A stretch of DNA of 64,000 nucleotides from Candidatus Ozemobacteraceae bacterium. Lineage in GTDB: Bacteria; Muiribacteriota; Ozemobacteria; Ozemobacterales; Ozemobacteraceae. Shown here piece by piece: positions 8,650 to 17,398 of this stretch. Each line of letters begins with the position of its first letter. Within the stretch, counting starts at the first letter, position 1. A program made the position numbers and the translations under genes. The stretch is from contig OZ223236.1 of assembly GCA_965140445.1 (NCBI GenBank), forward strand, positions 3,936,001 to 4,000,000, given 5' to 3'. The notes below the pieces were generated by a model. That model was not told the DNA's origin. It saw only the letters and a list, made by a program, of their open reading frames with translations, and ran no database searches.

Positions 8650-9861
8650 TTACTTACCCTTGATTAGTGATTCATATAGTTCTACGGTTTGCTTTGCTAT
8701 AGATTTCCAGCTAAACACGTCTTCAACTCTTTTTCTACCTGCGGCTGCCATTTCCATTCTGAGCGACTCGTTTGCCATCAGATCATTTACACCTTTGGCT
8801 AAATCACGGGAGAATTTGTCTGGATCAACTGCTTCAAATGGAGTTTCATCCATCTGATCAAGTGGAACAAGAACTCCAGTTTTACCATCTACTACAACCT
8901 CTGGAATTCCACCAACTGCGCTTGCAACCACAGGAGTTTCACAAGCCATAGCTTCAAGGTTTATAATTCCAAATGGTTCATAAATTGAAGGGCAACAAAA
9001 AACGCCGGCATGGGAATAAAGTTCAATTAGAGTTTTTCGATCGACCATTTCCCCAATCCAGTGAACATTGTTTCTATCTTTTGACACATTTTCAAATCCA
9101 GCCTTCATTTCCTGTTCAATTTCAGGAGTATCAGGTGCCCCAGCACAAAGAACTACAGGGATATCTTTGTTAATATATTTTATGGCATTAACCAGATGAA
9201 TAATTCCCTTTTGCCTTGTTATTCGGCCAACAAAGAGAACATATGGTTTAGTTGGATCAATTCCAAATCTCTCAAAACAATCTGTAGTTTTTACTCTTTG
9301 AAACTCTTCAGTATCAATGCCATTGTAGATTACCTTCATTCTGCCTTCTGCAACATTGAAATGCTTTTCTACATCGGCTTTGGTTCCGTGACTAACAGCA
9401 ATAACAGCATCAGCCATTTCAATTGCCATTTTCTCAACCCATAAAGAAAAGTCATATCCTCCGCCCAACTGTTCGCGCTTCCAGGGTCGAAGAGGCTCTA
9501 GCGAATGAGTAGTTACAACAAGAGGTACACCAAAGTTCAGTTTGGCAAAAATTCCTGCCATATGTGTATACCAGGTGTGGCAATGGACTACATCTGCATC
9601 CAGGCCGTCTCCAATTGCCTGCAAATCACGATCCAAGGTTTTAAAAATCGACTGCAACCCAGTGGGAAGGTTCTCGTAGGATTTTATTGGATTGTAACCT
9701 TTGACAGTAACTTTCTCTGTCTTCTGGTTTTGATCGCCATAGCATCTAACGTCTACGTCCGCTAATCTCGATACTTCGCGCGATAAATACTCAATATGAA
9801 CCCCAGCTCCACCATAAACATTGGGTGGATACTCATTTGTTAAATATAAAACCTTCATCAT
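8650..9861 (-). CDS. glgM: GT4 alpha-maltose-1-phosphate synthase (actinobacterial-type GlgA/GlgM family)
   Basis: EYPPNVYGGAGVH, HCHTWY, HSLEPLRPWKREQLGGGY, VGRITRQKG, YEPFGIINLEAMA; 2-nt gap to glgE. Confidence 0.85.
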   Translation of the reverse strand: MMKVLYLTNEYPPNVYGGAGVHIEYLSREVSRLADVDVRCYGDQNQKTEKVTVKGYNPIKSYENLPTGLQSIFKTLDRDLQAIGDGLDADVVHCHTWYTHMAGIFAKLNFGVPLVVTTHSLEPLRPWKREQLGGGYDFSLWVEKMAIEMADAVIAVSHGTKADVEKHFNVAEGRMKVIYNGIDTEEFQRVKTTDCFERFGIDPTKPYVLFVGRITRQKGIIHLVNAIKYINKDIPVVLCAGAPDTPEIEQEMKAGFENVSKDRNNVHWIGEMVDRKTLIELYSHAGVFCCPSIYEPFGIINLEAMACETPVVASAVGGIPEVVVDGKTGVLVPLDQMDETPFEAVDPDKFSRDLAKGVNDLMANESLRMEMAAAGRKRVEDVFSWKSIAKQTVELYESLIKGK

Positions 9862-9942
9862 TTCTCTCCTTGCATTTCTTTTGCTTGATTATATCACTAA
9901 AACAGCTCTAGCCCCACCAAATTAACCCCAATTTTTGTTTTC

Positions 9943-11457
9943 CTATTCAGGTGGGAGAAGTGAATCTGGAATTAACTGCTGTTTTATATGCTTCGAACAT
10001 CTGACATCCAGATCCCCACGATTATTTCTAAAAACCGTCAATTCACCATCTTCCGTGCATTTCGGAATCTCATCAAAAATTTGGTTTTGTACAAGAACTT
10101 CAAAGCCCGAAGATTCGCCGTTTCGCAAAGAATCAAAATATCCTTCCTTCTCAAGCTTTGTCAGCAAAGAAGTCTGTTTCTCATAACACTTAGAAGCTTT
10201 ATACTCCCGAATATAATTGATTCTACGGTAATAAGCGTTTTTAACCCAATAAGAAACGTAACTTGAGCAACATAGCTTCAAGAAAGATTCATCTATATCA
10301 TCCAGCCATATTTCAAGAGCTCCTGAAGCTGGTTTACAATCAATTCTGGAAAAAAAGCTGGATACCTTTTCGAACTCGCTCTTTGAAAGCCCCCTAACCC
10401 GATTCTCAAATGATGTTTTTTTGGCAAGGATCTGGTGCTTGAAAATTGCCGCCCATTGGTTAACCAGATTTTGATCAGATATATCCATCTTAACTAACAG
10501 CTTTCCCTCTCTAAACTTAATATAGAGCTTTTTAAAAGGCTTGGTATCGAAAGGCAGATCTTCATAAGTTTGAACAGAAAATCTGGGCTTATTAATTGAA
10601 CCATGCACTGAACAATATGATGAAACATTTAGTCCTTTATTTATCAGGTATTTTCCGCCATTAGGACAATTTAATTCTTTCTGTAAAATCCCCAGGTTTA
10701 TTAGCTGTTTTTGATTCAATTCCTTTTGTGAAAAATCCACCGATGCTTCCGCTTGCTTTATTGAAGCATCAAGAAGATTTTGATTGCTAATACATTCTGG
10801 AAAACGGTCTTCTACTGTCCTGAAGATCCCCATAAACACTTCAGGTAGATTGGCTTCAAAATAGAAAAAGTCTTTACTCATACTCTTTTTTTCCAGAGTT
10901 TTTAAAGCTTCAATGTATTTAAGTTCTTGTCCCGCTTCATTTACCTCATTGAAAAAAATAGCGGAATTAGAAACATCAATTTGGAAATTCTTTGCCCCAA
11001 TATGAAATTTAAAACTACTAACATGTTGGTTTGTCGAAAGCTGGTAGGAATCTGAGCTAAGAGACAACTCGCCGGCAAGTTTCACCAGACCTTGTGCAGA
11101 TTTATTATTTGCTTTAAGAAAACCATTCAATCGGCCATTTTGATCAAAAGCCACGATAATTTTTTCAGGATTTTCACCAATCGCTCTTTTCACAAGAGCT
11201 GAAAAAAACTTAATATCGCTGTATGGCCTAAAATCTTTGCCAGGAAATAAAAGTCTGGCAATTTTTTCCAGAAATAGTAAATCAGCTTCCAATTTTTCTA
11301 ACTTCTCTGTTTGAAAGACAAGCATTTCGCCAAAATTTCTAACTTCAAGATATATTGGAAATGGGACCACGCCGCTTTGAGCCAAAGCCTTGTCAGCAGT
11401 TCCTGACAAAGTTACCGAACAAAGCAGCAGGACTATAATTAGTACCATTTTCCGCAT
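9943..11457 (-). CDS. Secreted hypothetical protein with two Cys/His putative Zn-binding modules
   Basis: Signal peptide and AGGAG RBS; modules C...CPNGGKY...CSVHG and C...CTEDGEL...CSKH. Confidence 0.7.
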   Translation of the reverse strand: MRKMVLIIVLLLCSVTLSGTADKALAQSGVVPFPIYLEVRNFGEMLVFQTEKLEKLEADLLFLEKIARLLFPGKDFRPYSDIKFFSALVKRAIGENPEKIIVAFDQNGRLNGFLKANNKSAQGLVKLAGELSLSSDSYQLSTNQHVSSFKFHIGAKNFQIDVSNSAIFFNEVNEAGQELKYIEALKTLEKKSMSKDFFYFEANLPEVFMGIFRTVEDRFPECISNQNLLDASIKQAEASVDFSQKELNQKQLINLGILQKELNCPNGGKYLINKGLNVSSYCSVHGSINKPRFSVQTYEDLPFDTKPFKKLYIKFREGKLLVKMDISDQNLVNQWAAIFKHQILAKKTSFENRVRGLSKSEFEKVSSFFSRIDCKPASGALEIWLDDIDESFLKLCCSSYVSYWVKNAYYRRINYIREYKASKCYEKQTSLLTKLEKEGYFDSLRNGESSGFEVLVQNQIFDEIPKCTEDGELTVFRNNRGDLDVRCSKHIKQQLIPDSLLPPE

Positions 11458-11500
11458 AATTTTCTCCTAAGAATTAAATCAAGCTCAATGATTCTAAAAT

Positions 11501-11537
11501 AAAAACAGCCTCAAGGATAGTACCTTGAGGCTGTTTT
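11501..11537 (-). terminator. Rho-independent terminator after the M48 peptidase gene
   Basis: 15-bp stem AAAACAGCCTCAAGG / CCTTGAGGCTGTTTT. Confidence 0.8.
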
Positions 11538-11544
11538 AGTTTGT

Positions 11545-12711
11545 TTAGTAGCCAGCAGCTTTTCGAAGTTCCATATAATTTTTCTTTGCGGCCTGATATT
11601 TATTAAATGTGTCTAAGATTTCTGCCGTAGGAGCCTGTTGTGAAATCTTAAACTGATAGAGCTGCTTGTAATAAAGATAAGTTTCATATGCAGTCCTAAG
11701 ATCTGCATTGGTCGGCTTTGTTGAGCTTGAAGTATTAGTTGTCTGTGCTGAAGTCTGATTATTAGTAGAGCTTGAAGAAGTTGTTGATACTGCAGCTTGA
11801 TCTGAAGAAGTAGTCGAACTTGCAGAGTTCTGACTGGAATTACGACCTGGTAAAGCTGCAATTTGTTTATTAACAGCCTTTATACGGTCTGAAGTTGGGG
11901 GATGGGTTGAGAAATACTTAGTGACCTTACTCAACTTATCATCATTATTAATTTTATCAAAAAACTTAACAATGCCAGCTGGATCATAGCCAGCAGCATA
12001 ACTATATTTTACGGCACAGCTATCAGCTTGATACTCATCTTTTCTTGAGAATTTCATGTTGGCAAAATATGCAGCTACGGCTGCATAAGGAGCATATTTT
12101 TGTGTCTTCTTTGACAAACCCATACCAGCAACAATTAAAGTCATTATTCCTGCTTTTTCAGCTTGTTTCACACTATGTTTTTTATCAATATGGCCCATTT
12201 CATGCGCTACAACGCCAGCCAGTTCATCGTCTGTTTCAATTAAATTTAAGAGCCCCCTGGTTACGTAAATAAAACCGCCGGGTGCAGCAAATGCATTAAC
12301 CTCGTCTGTATCCAATACAGCAAAATGCCAGGTTAGATCCTTTCGCTCAACATGCTTAATTAATCTTTTTGCAACATTTCCTAATCTGGAAAGATATTTG
12401 GTTTCTCGACTGAACCCAGGATCTTTTTTTAGGGATTCATGAGTTTTTTCGCCCATGGAAATTTCCCATTTGTTTTCTAATCCACCAAATAAAGCCGTGG
12501 TTTGAGGAGATCTTTCTTTAGCATCATCTACTGCGGCCTGATTTTCGTCATTAACCCCACCAAATGTCTTGTCAAGGGTGGCCGAAACTCGATCCAGGGT
12601 ACCATTTATTTCGCCTAGAACCTTACCCAAGTCGAATGCCGATGCTTCAAAAGCAAATGTCAGCTGGAAAAAAACAACAAGAACCAGCAAAGACCAATAT
12701 TTTCTTCTCAC
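11545..12711 (-). CDS. Secreted M48-family (BepA/YfgC-like) zinc metallopeptidase with Ser/Thr linker and C-terminal helical domain
   Basis: Signal peptide; NAFAAPGG, ELAGVVAHEMGH (HExxH), FSRKDEYQAD, STHP..DRI; long S/T-rich linker. Confidence 0.92.
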   Translation of the reverse strand: MRRKYWSLLVLVVFFQLTFAFEASAFDLGKVLGEINGTLDRVSATLDKTFGGVNDENQAAVDDAKERSPQTTALFGGLENKWEISMGEKTHESLKKDPGFSRETKYLSRLGNVAKRLIKHVERKDLTWHFAVLDTDEVNAFAAPGGFIYVTRGLLNLIETDDELAGVVAHEMGHIDKKHSVKQAEKAGIMTLIVAGMGLSKKTQKYAPYAAVAAYFANMKFSRKDEYQADSCAVKYSYAAGYDPAGIVKFFDKINNDDKLSKVTKYFSTHPPTSDRIKAVNKQIAALPGRNSSQNSASSTTSSDQAAVSTTSSSSTNNQTSAQTTNTSSSTKPTNADLRTAYETYLYYKQLYQFKISQQAPTAEILDTFNKYQAAKKNYMELRKAAGY

Positions 12712-12741
12712 CCGATTACCTCAGTTTTAATTATTTTTTTA

Positions 12742-12770
12742 ATTGTATTTTTAGAAGGCCGTACCGTCAA
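12742..12770 (-). promoter_or_regulatory. Putative sigma70-type promoter of the M48 peptidase gene
   Basis: TTGACG-17 nt-TACAAT on the minus strand. Confidence 0.65.
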
Positions 12771-12824
12771 GATGGCAATTCACTTTAGTAATTCCTCTGC
12801 TGTTTTGAGAACCATCCTTGGAAG

Positions 12825-12853
12825 TTGACTAATTCTGGACTATTAACTATCTT
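12825..12853 (+). promoter_or_regulatory. Putative sigma70-type promoter of the PocR kinase gene
   Basis: TTGACT-17 nt-TATCTT, 31 nt before the ATG. Confidence 0.5.
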
Positions 12854-12884
12854 AAAGATAGATATTGAGATGGATTTTAATTGA

Positions 12885-15737
12885 ATGAATGAAAATTACA
12901 AAAAGTTCAATCTGAGAGAGATTTTTCAGATTAGTGGCCTATATAGGCTTCTAATTAGCTTTAACGATTTTACCAATATTCCATTCGAAATAATGAACCC
13001 TGATGATCGGGTAATTTTTAGTGTTGGGCGGCAGGAGATTTGCAAAAAATTTCATAGAATCTGTGACGGAACTTTGGGAATTTGTAAATCTAAAGCCCTT
13101 AAAATAGCTCAAACGATAAACGAAAAAAAAGACTACTTAATTTTCGATTGCCCAAATGGTCTTAAGGAAGCTGTTTGTCCTATAATAGTTGATGAAATTC
13201 ACATTGGTAACGTTTTTTTTGGACAATTTCTTTTTGAATCCCCAGACAAATCTTTTTTTAAAAAACACGCTGAAAAATACGGGTTTAATAGTGAAAAGTA
13301 TTTTGCAGCTGTTTCCGAAATCCCAATCAGAGAAAAATCAGAAATCGAAAATGCTATAAACTTTTTTTCCGGGGTTGTTAATTCCTTTGTGTCTTTTGCC
13401 AATCAAAAATTAGCAGCAGAAAATGAATTTCTGAAATACCAAACTCTTTTTAACAATTCAACTTCAATATTAATTAGAATCACAAAAGATTTTAATATTT
13501 TGCAAATCAACAAATCTGGGTTGACTTTTTTTGATATGCAAGAAGACGAACTAATTGGGCAAAATCTTTTAAGTAGATTCATTTCAAATGAACAAGAAAA
13601 AAAGCGCATAGCTACAGAGTTAGACAAAATATATTCCTCTCTCAACCAAGTTGTCAGTGAAAAAATTTCCTTTGAAATAACTACTCTTAATGGCGAATCA
13701 AAGGTTCTGGAGTTTGAATTTGTTATCAAGCGGGAAAAGAAAATATCTGAATCCATAATTCTAATTTCTGGCCAAGACATAACTACTATTCTTAGACAGA
13801 AACTGAATCTTAAAAAAAGTGAACAAAAGCTTAGACTGGCTCAAAAGATGGCCAAAATTGGAAATTGGGAACTTAATTTAGAAAATAACGAAATTATATT
13901 CTCGGAAGAAATCCTAAATATCTTTAAGTTGCCAGGTGATAATTTAAAACAATCTTTAGATTTTTTTCTTAGCAAGATAAATGAAAAAGAAGACTTTATA
14001 GATGATTTGCACAAACTTAAAAATCATGGAATTGACCTAAATAAAATCTACTCTCTAACGTCTGAGAGTCAAGCCGGGCAAATATTACAGGTAATAGGAA
14101 AAAGACTGTTTAATGAAAAAGGTAAGCTTGAAAATATTCAAGGAACGATTCAGGATATTTCCGAATTAAAAAAAGCCGAAAAAGAAGCTTCTGAGCGCGA
14201 AAAATTGTTTAAAAACCTGTTTTATAAAATTCCTTTAGCGGCCTTTTTACATGATTTACCTGTAAATGGAGAGAAAGCCAAATTTCATATGGTAAATGAA
14301 GCTGCATGTAAATTGCTTGGTTTTGAACCAGACGAATTAATTAAATTGTCTGCAAATGAGATTTCCGAGATTTGCACCGACCAAAATGTAAATACTTTTT
14401 CAAGAGAAGTTGTAAAAAATGGTCTTCTTGAAACAAACGATAATGTGATAGGGAAATCAGGAAATAAGATTCCGGTGAAATCCTTATCAAAACTGGTAGA
14501 TTTTGAAGGAAAACCTTCTTGCATAACGATCCTTACGGATCTTACACTTCAAAACAAGCTGGAAGAGCAAATGCGTCAAAATCAAAAAATGGAGGCAATT
14601 GGTCAGCTTGCTGCTGGTGTAGCCCATGACTTTAATAATTTGTTACAGATAATTCAGGGCTATTCTGAATTTCTTGAAGAATTTGTTTCCAAAGATAAAG
14701 ATGCGCTATTTTTTCTGACATCAATTCTTAACGCTGCAGACAGGGGAAGAAACCTTGTTGACCAATTAATGCTATTCAGCCGAAAAGAAGAACTGGATTC
14801 CTTCCCTCTAAATATAAAAAGCATTGTAAACAGTCTCTACAAAATGCTTAGCCGACTTATTGGAAACCATGTTAAATTGAGCATTGAAGTTTCTCCAGAA
14901 GATTTTTTTGTTTTTGGCGATCAGCGTCAAATTGAGCACGCACTTCTAAATCTATGTATTAATTCGAGAGACGCATTACCAAAAAGACACGGCTGGATTA
15001 AAATTTCTGTGAAATCAGCTTCCCCCGAAGAGATAAAGAAAAACCCGATTTCCAATAATTTTGTTTGCGTAGAGATATCTGATAACGGATCCGGTATTCC
15101 AAAGGAAGTACAGGATAGAATATTCGAGCCATTTTTCACAACGAAGGAAGTGGGAAAAGGGACAGGACTCGGTCTCTCCAGCGCTTTTGCGATAATAAAG
15201 AAACATCACGGGTATGTTGAGTTTGATTCAGAAGTCGGGCATGGGACAAGCTTCAGACTTTTCTTCCCGCTCATTGAGTTTGGGCCCGAAGTTATTGAAA
15301 AAACTAATAAAGAAAACACTTCAAATGGCGAAAATAAAATCTCAGGCAAAACGGAAGAAAAATTGACTATTCTTGTAGCGGAAGATGACCCTTTGGTTCG
15401 CGAACTAACCTGCAGTTACATCAGCAAATTTGGCTTCAGCTTAGTTGTCGCTCACGATGGTCAACAGGCAGTTGAGCTTTTTAATGACAACAAAGACGAA
15501 ATTTCAATGCTGGTTTTTGACGTCATGATGCCAAGATTGAACGGTAGAGAAGCTTATGATGTTATCTCAAAATTAAAGCCTGGTATCCCGGTAATTTTCA
15601 TTACAGGATATAGTGACGACCTGCTAGACACAAACTTTGTCAAAAATATGCCTGGAAAAATCATTAGAAAACCATATAAAGCAGCAGCTTTACATGAAGC
15701 GATAAGAGAGATTACAGAAAAATTTGAAATAAAGTGA
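12885..15737 (+). CDS. Cytoplasmic hybrid sensor histidine kinase (PocR - PAS x3 - HisKA - HATPase - REC)
   Basis: PocR-type Cys pattern (ICKKFHR...C...CPNGL); PAS-like repeats; H-box AHDFNN; NLCINSRDA; EPFFTTKEVGKGTGLGL; receiver AEDD...DVMMP...KP. Confidence 0.92.
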   Translation: MNENYKKFNLREIFQISGLYRLLISFNDFTNIPFEIMNPDDRVIFSVGRQEICKKFHRICDGTLGICKSKALKIAQTINEKKDYLIFDCPNGLKEAVCPIIVDEIHIGNVFFGQFLFESPDKSFFKKHAEKYGFNSEKYFAAVSEIPIREKSEIENAINFFSGVVNSFVSFANQKLAAENEFLKYQTLFNNSTSILIRITKDFNILQINKSGLTFFDMQEDELIGQNLLSRFISNEQEKKRIATELDKIYSSLNQVVSEKISFEITTLNGESKVLEFEFVIKREKKISESIILISGQDITTILRQKLNLKKSEQKLRLAQKMAKIGNWELNLENNEIIFSEEILNIFKLPGDNLKQSLDFFLSKINEKEDFIDDLHKLKNHGIDLNKIYSLTSESQAGQILQVIGKRLFNEKGKLENIQGTIQDISELKKAEKEASEREKLFKNLFYKIPLAAFLHDLPVNGEKAKFHMVNEAACKLLGFEPDELIKLSANEISEICTDQNVNTFSREVVKNGLLETNDNVIGKSGNKIPVKSLSKLVDFEGKPSCITILTDLTLQNKLEEQMRQNQKMEAIGQLAAGVAHDFNNLLQIIQGYSEFLEEFVSKDKDALFFLTSILNAADRGRNLVDQLMLFSRKEELDSFPLNIKSIVNSLYKMLSRLIGNHVKLSIEVSPEDFFVFGDQRQIEHALLNLCINSRDALPKRHGWIKISVKSASPEEIKKNPISNNFVCVEISDNGSGIPKEVQDRIFEPFFTTKEVGKGTGLGLSSAFAIIKKHHGYVEFDSEVGHGTSFRLFFPLIEFGPEVIEKTNKENTSNGENKISGKTEEKLTILVAEDDPLVRELTCSYISKFGFSLVVAHDGQQAVELFNDNKDEISMLVFDVMMPRLNGREAYDVISKLKPGIPVIFITGYSDDLLDTNFVKNMPGKIIRKPYKAAALHEAIREITEKFEIK

Positions 15738-15858
15738 TGTACAATTCCCACAAGCCGACTCATATATATATTCTTACAAGCTTCTACAAATTACTTTAAA
15801 TAAAAATTTACCTTTCCTACTTACAGAAGAAGTAATAGAATGCCAAAAAAAGAGGAGC

Positions 15859-17382
15859 TTGATAATGCAAAAGACATTTTTTTTCAGAAATATTTTCTAC
15901 ATTTTTTGTGGGATTTTTTGTACAACAATATGCTACGGCATAGATCTCTCATCAACTCAGATTTTAAAGATAAATGGGAATGTTGAAGTAAAAAAAACAG
16001 ATTCAACCTCGTTTAAAAAGCTTCGCAAAAACCTGAAACTCTCTGGATCACTTAAGAGACTTGACGGAGGGGACAAAGTAAAAACCCACCAAAGCAGCAA
16101 TGCAGAAATGGCTCTAAAGAACACTTGTATTTTAGCTGTAAAAGAACAAAGTCTATTTGAAGTTCCCAAATTAAATGAAGTTGAAAATGTTACTCAACTT
16201 AAAGCACAGCAAGGTTCAATCCTTTTTAAAGTAATCTCCGGTAATAATTTTGAAGTCAGAACGGCTGATGTAATAGCTGGAGTAAAAGGGACTTTATTTG
16301 AAATGGATGTATTGGATGGTTTTTATTGTCTCGCAGGAACACCTGGATTAGAAATTGGCACTCTGGCAGCTGGTGGCACAATAGTAAATGTTTTTAAAGG
16401 CGAAGTCGAGTTAAAACATGCCATCACAGGAAAAACCAGAACCCTTAAAGCCGGAGAAGGAATTTCAGTTTTTAATAACCAGCTTTTAAATGTGGATACT
16501 ATCGTTCAAGATGGTTTTGGAATCCTTCAAAAATTCAACCCAGTTAATCTTGTTGAAAAGAAATTCGGAGAAGCAGGATCGAGCCTTCTGACTGCAAATC
16601 CATCCCTCGATGGGCTCATGGGACTTGCAGATGAAACTAGTTTTCCAGCGGCTATTAGTGATAAGAAAAGCCGCTTTAATTCTATGTTTACTGGTTTTTC
16701 CGCTCCAGTGGTAGAAAAATTGAATAAAGCAGAAGCCATTACCCGCCAAACGGGACAAGTAATTGGCGAAGTTAGAGAACTAGAAACAATTGGAAGAGAT
16801 CTGGTAGGAGAAAAATTTAAAGCTGATTTTTCTTCTTTCAGAGTTCAGAAAAATCCATTTTTTGCTTCTGAAAAGGGAGTAAAAGAGGTTTATCTGGATA
16901 ATTACACCTTCGCTTCAGCAATAGCAGGCTTTGGTAGCGATAGATTAAAAATGGAACCTACTAAAGAAGGACTATCTTTACTAGAAGGCTTTGGAAGCAT
17001 GAGAGTGAAGAAATTTCATGGAAGCAATTCAGCTATTGAATTCTTACTTAGCTATTATGAATCTGCTGAAAACCTGGTAACAAATATTAAAGTATTAAAG
17101 GGAAATCTATACGCTAGAATTCCAGGCGAAATAGATGTTTTCAAAATACCAGCAGGGGAATCATCATTCACGTTCAATTTAAAAAGTGGAAAATACGGCT
17201 GGGGCTCACCATCACAACCCCCATTTGCAAAACAAATTGTCTCTTATAATTTTCAGGCAGAAAAAAAGCTTTCTAAGCAAAAACAGAGTCATGACAGCAA
17301 AACCACTAAGAAAAGAGTAAACTCCATAAAAAAAATTATAAAAAAGAATCCTAGAAACCTATTGCGGGGTTTAGGCTTCTAG
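15859..17382 (+). CDS. FecR-domain exported protein
   Basis: N-terminal signal/TM segment; GDKVKT, VRTADVIAGVKGT, VNVFKGEV and LKAGE match the FecR beta-solenoid pattern; basic C-terminal tail. Confidence 0.75.
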   Translation: MIMQKTFFFRNIFYIFCGIFCTTICYGIDLSSTQILKINGNVEVKKTDSTSFKKLRKNLKLSGSLKRLDGGDKVKTHQSSNAEMALKNTCILAVKEQSLFEVPKLNEVENVTQLKAQQGSILFKVISGNNFEVRTADVIAGVKGTLFEMDVLDGFYCLAGTPGLEIGTLAAGGTIVNVFKGEVELKHAITGKTRTLKAGEGISVFNNQLLNVDTIVQDGFGILQKFNPVNLVEKKFGEAGSSLLTANPSLDGLMGLADETSFPAAISDKKSRFNSMFTGFSAPVVEKLNKAEAITRQTGQVIGEVRELETIGRDLVGEKFKADFSSFRVQKNPFFASEKGVKEVYLDNYTFASAIAGFGSDRLKMEPTKEGLSLLEGFGSMRVKKFHGSNSAIEFLLSYYESAENLVTNIKVLKGNLYARIPGEIDVFKIPAGESSFTFNLKSGKYGWGSPSQPPFAKQIVSYNFQAEKKLSKQKQSHDSKTTKKRVNSIKKIIKKNPRNLLRGLGF

Positions 17383-17398
17383 ATTAGAGAGAATAGCC

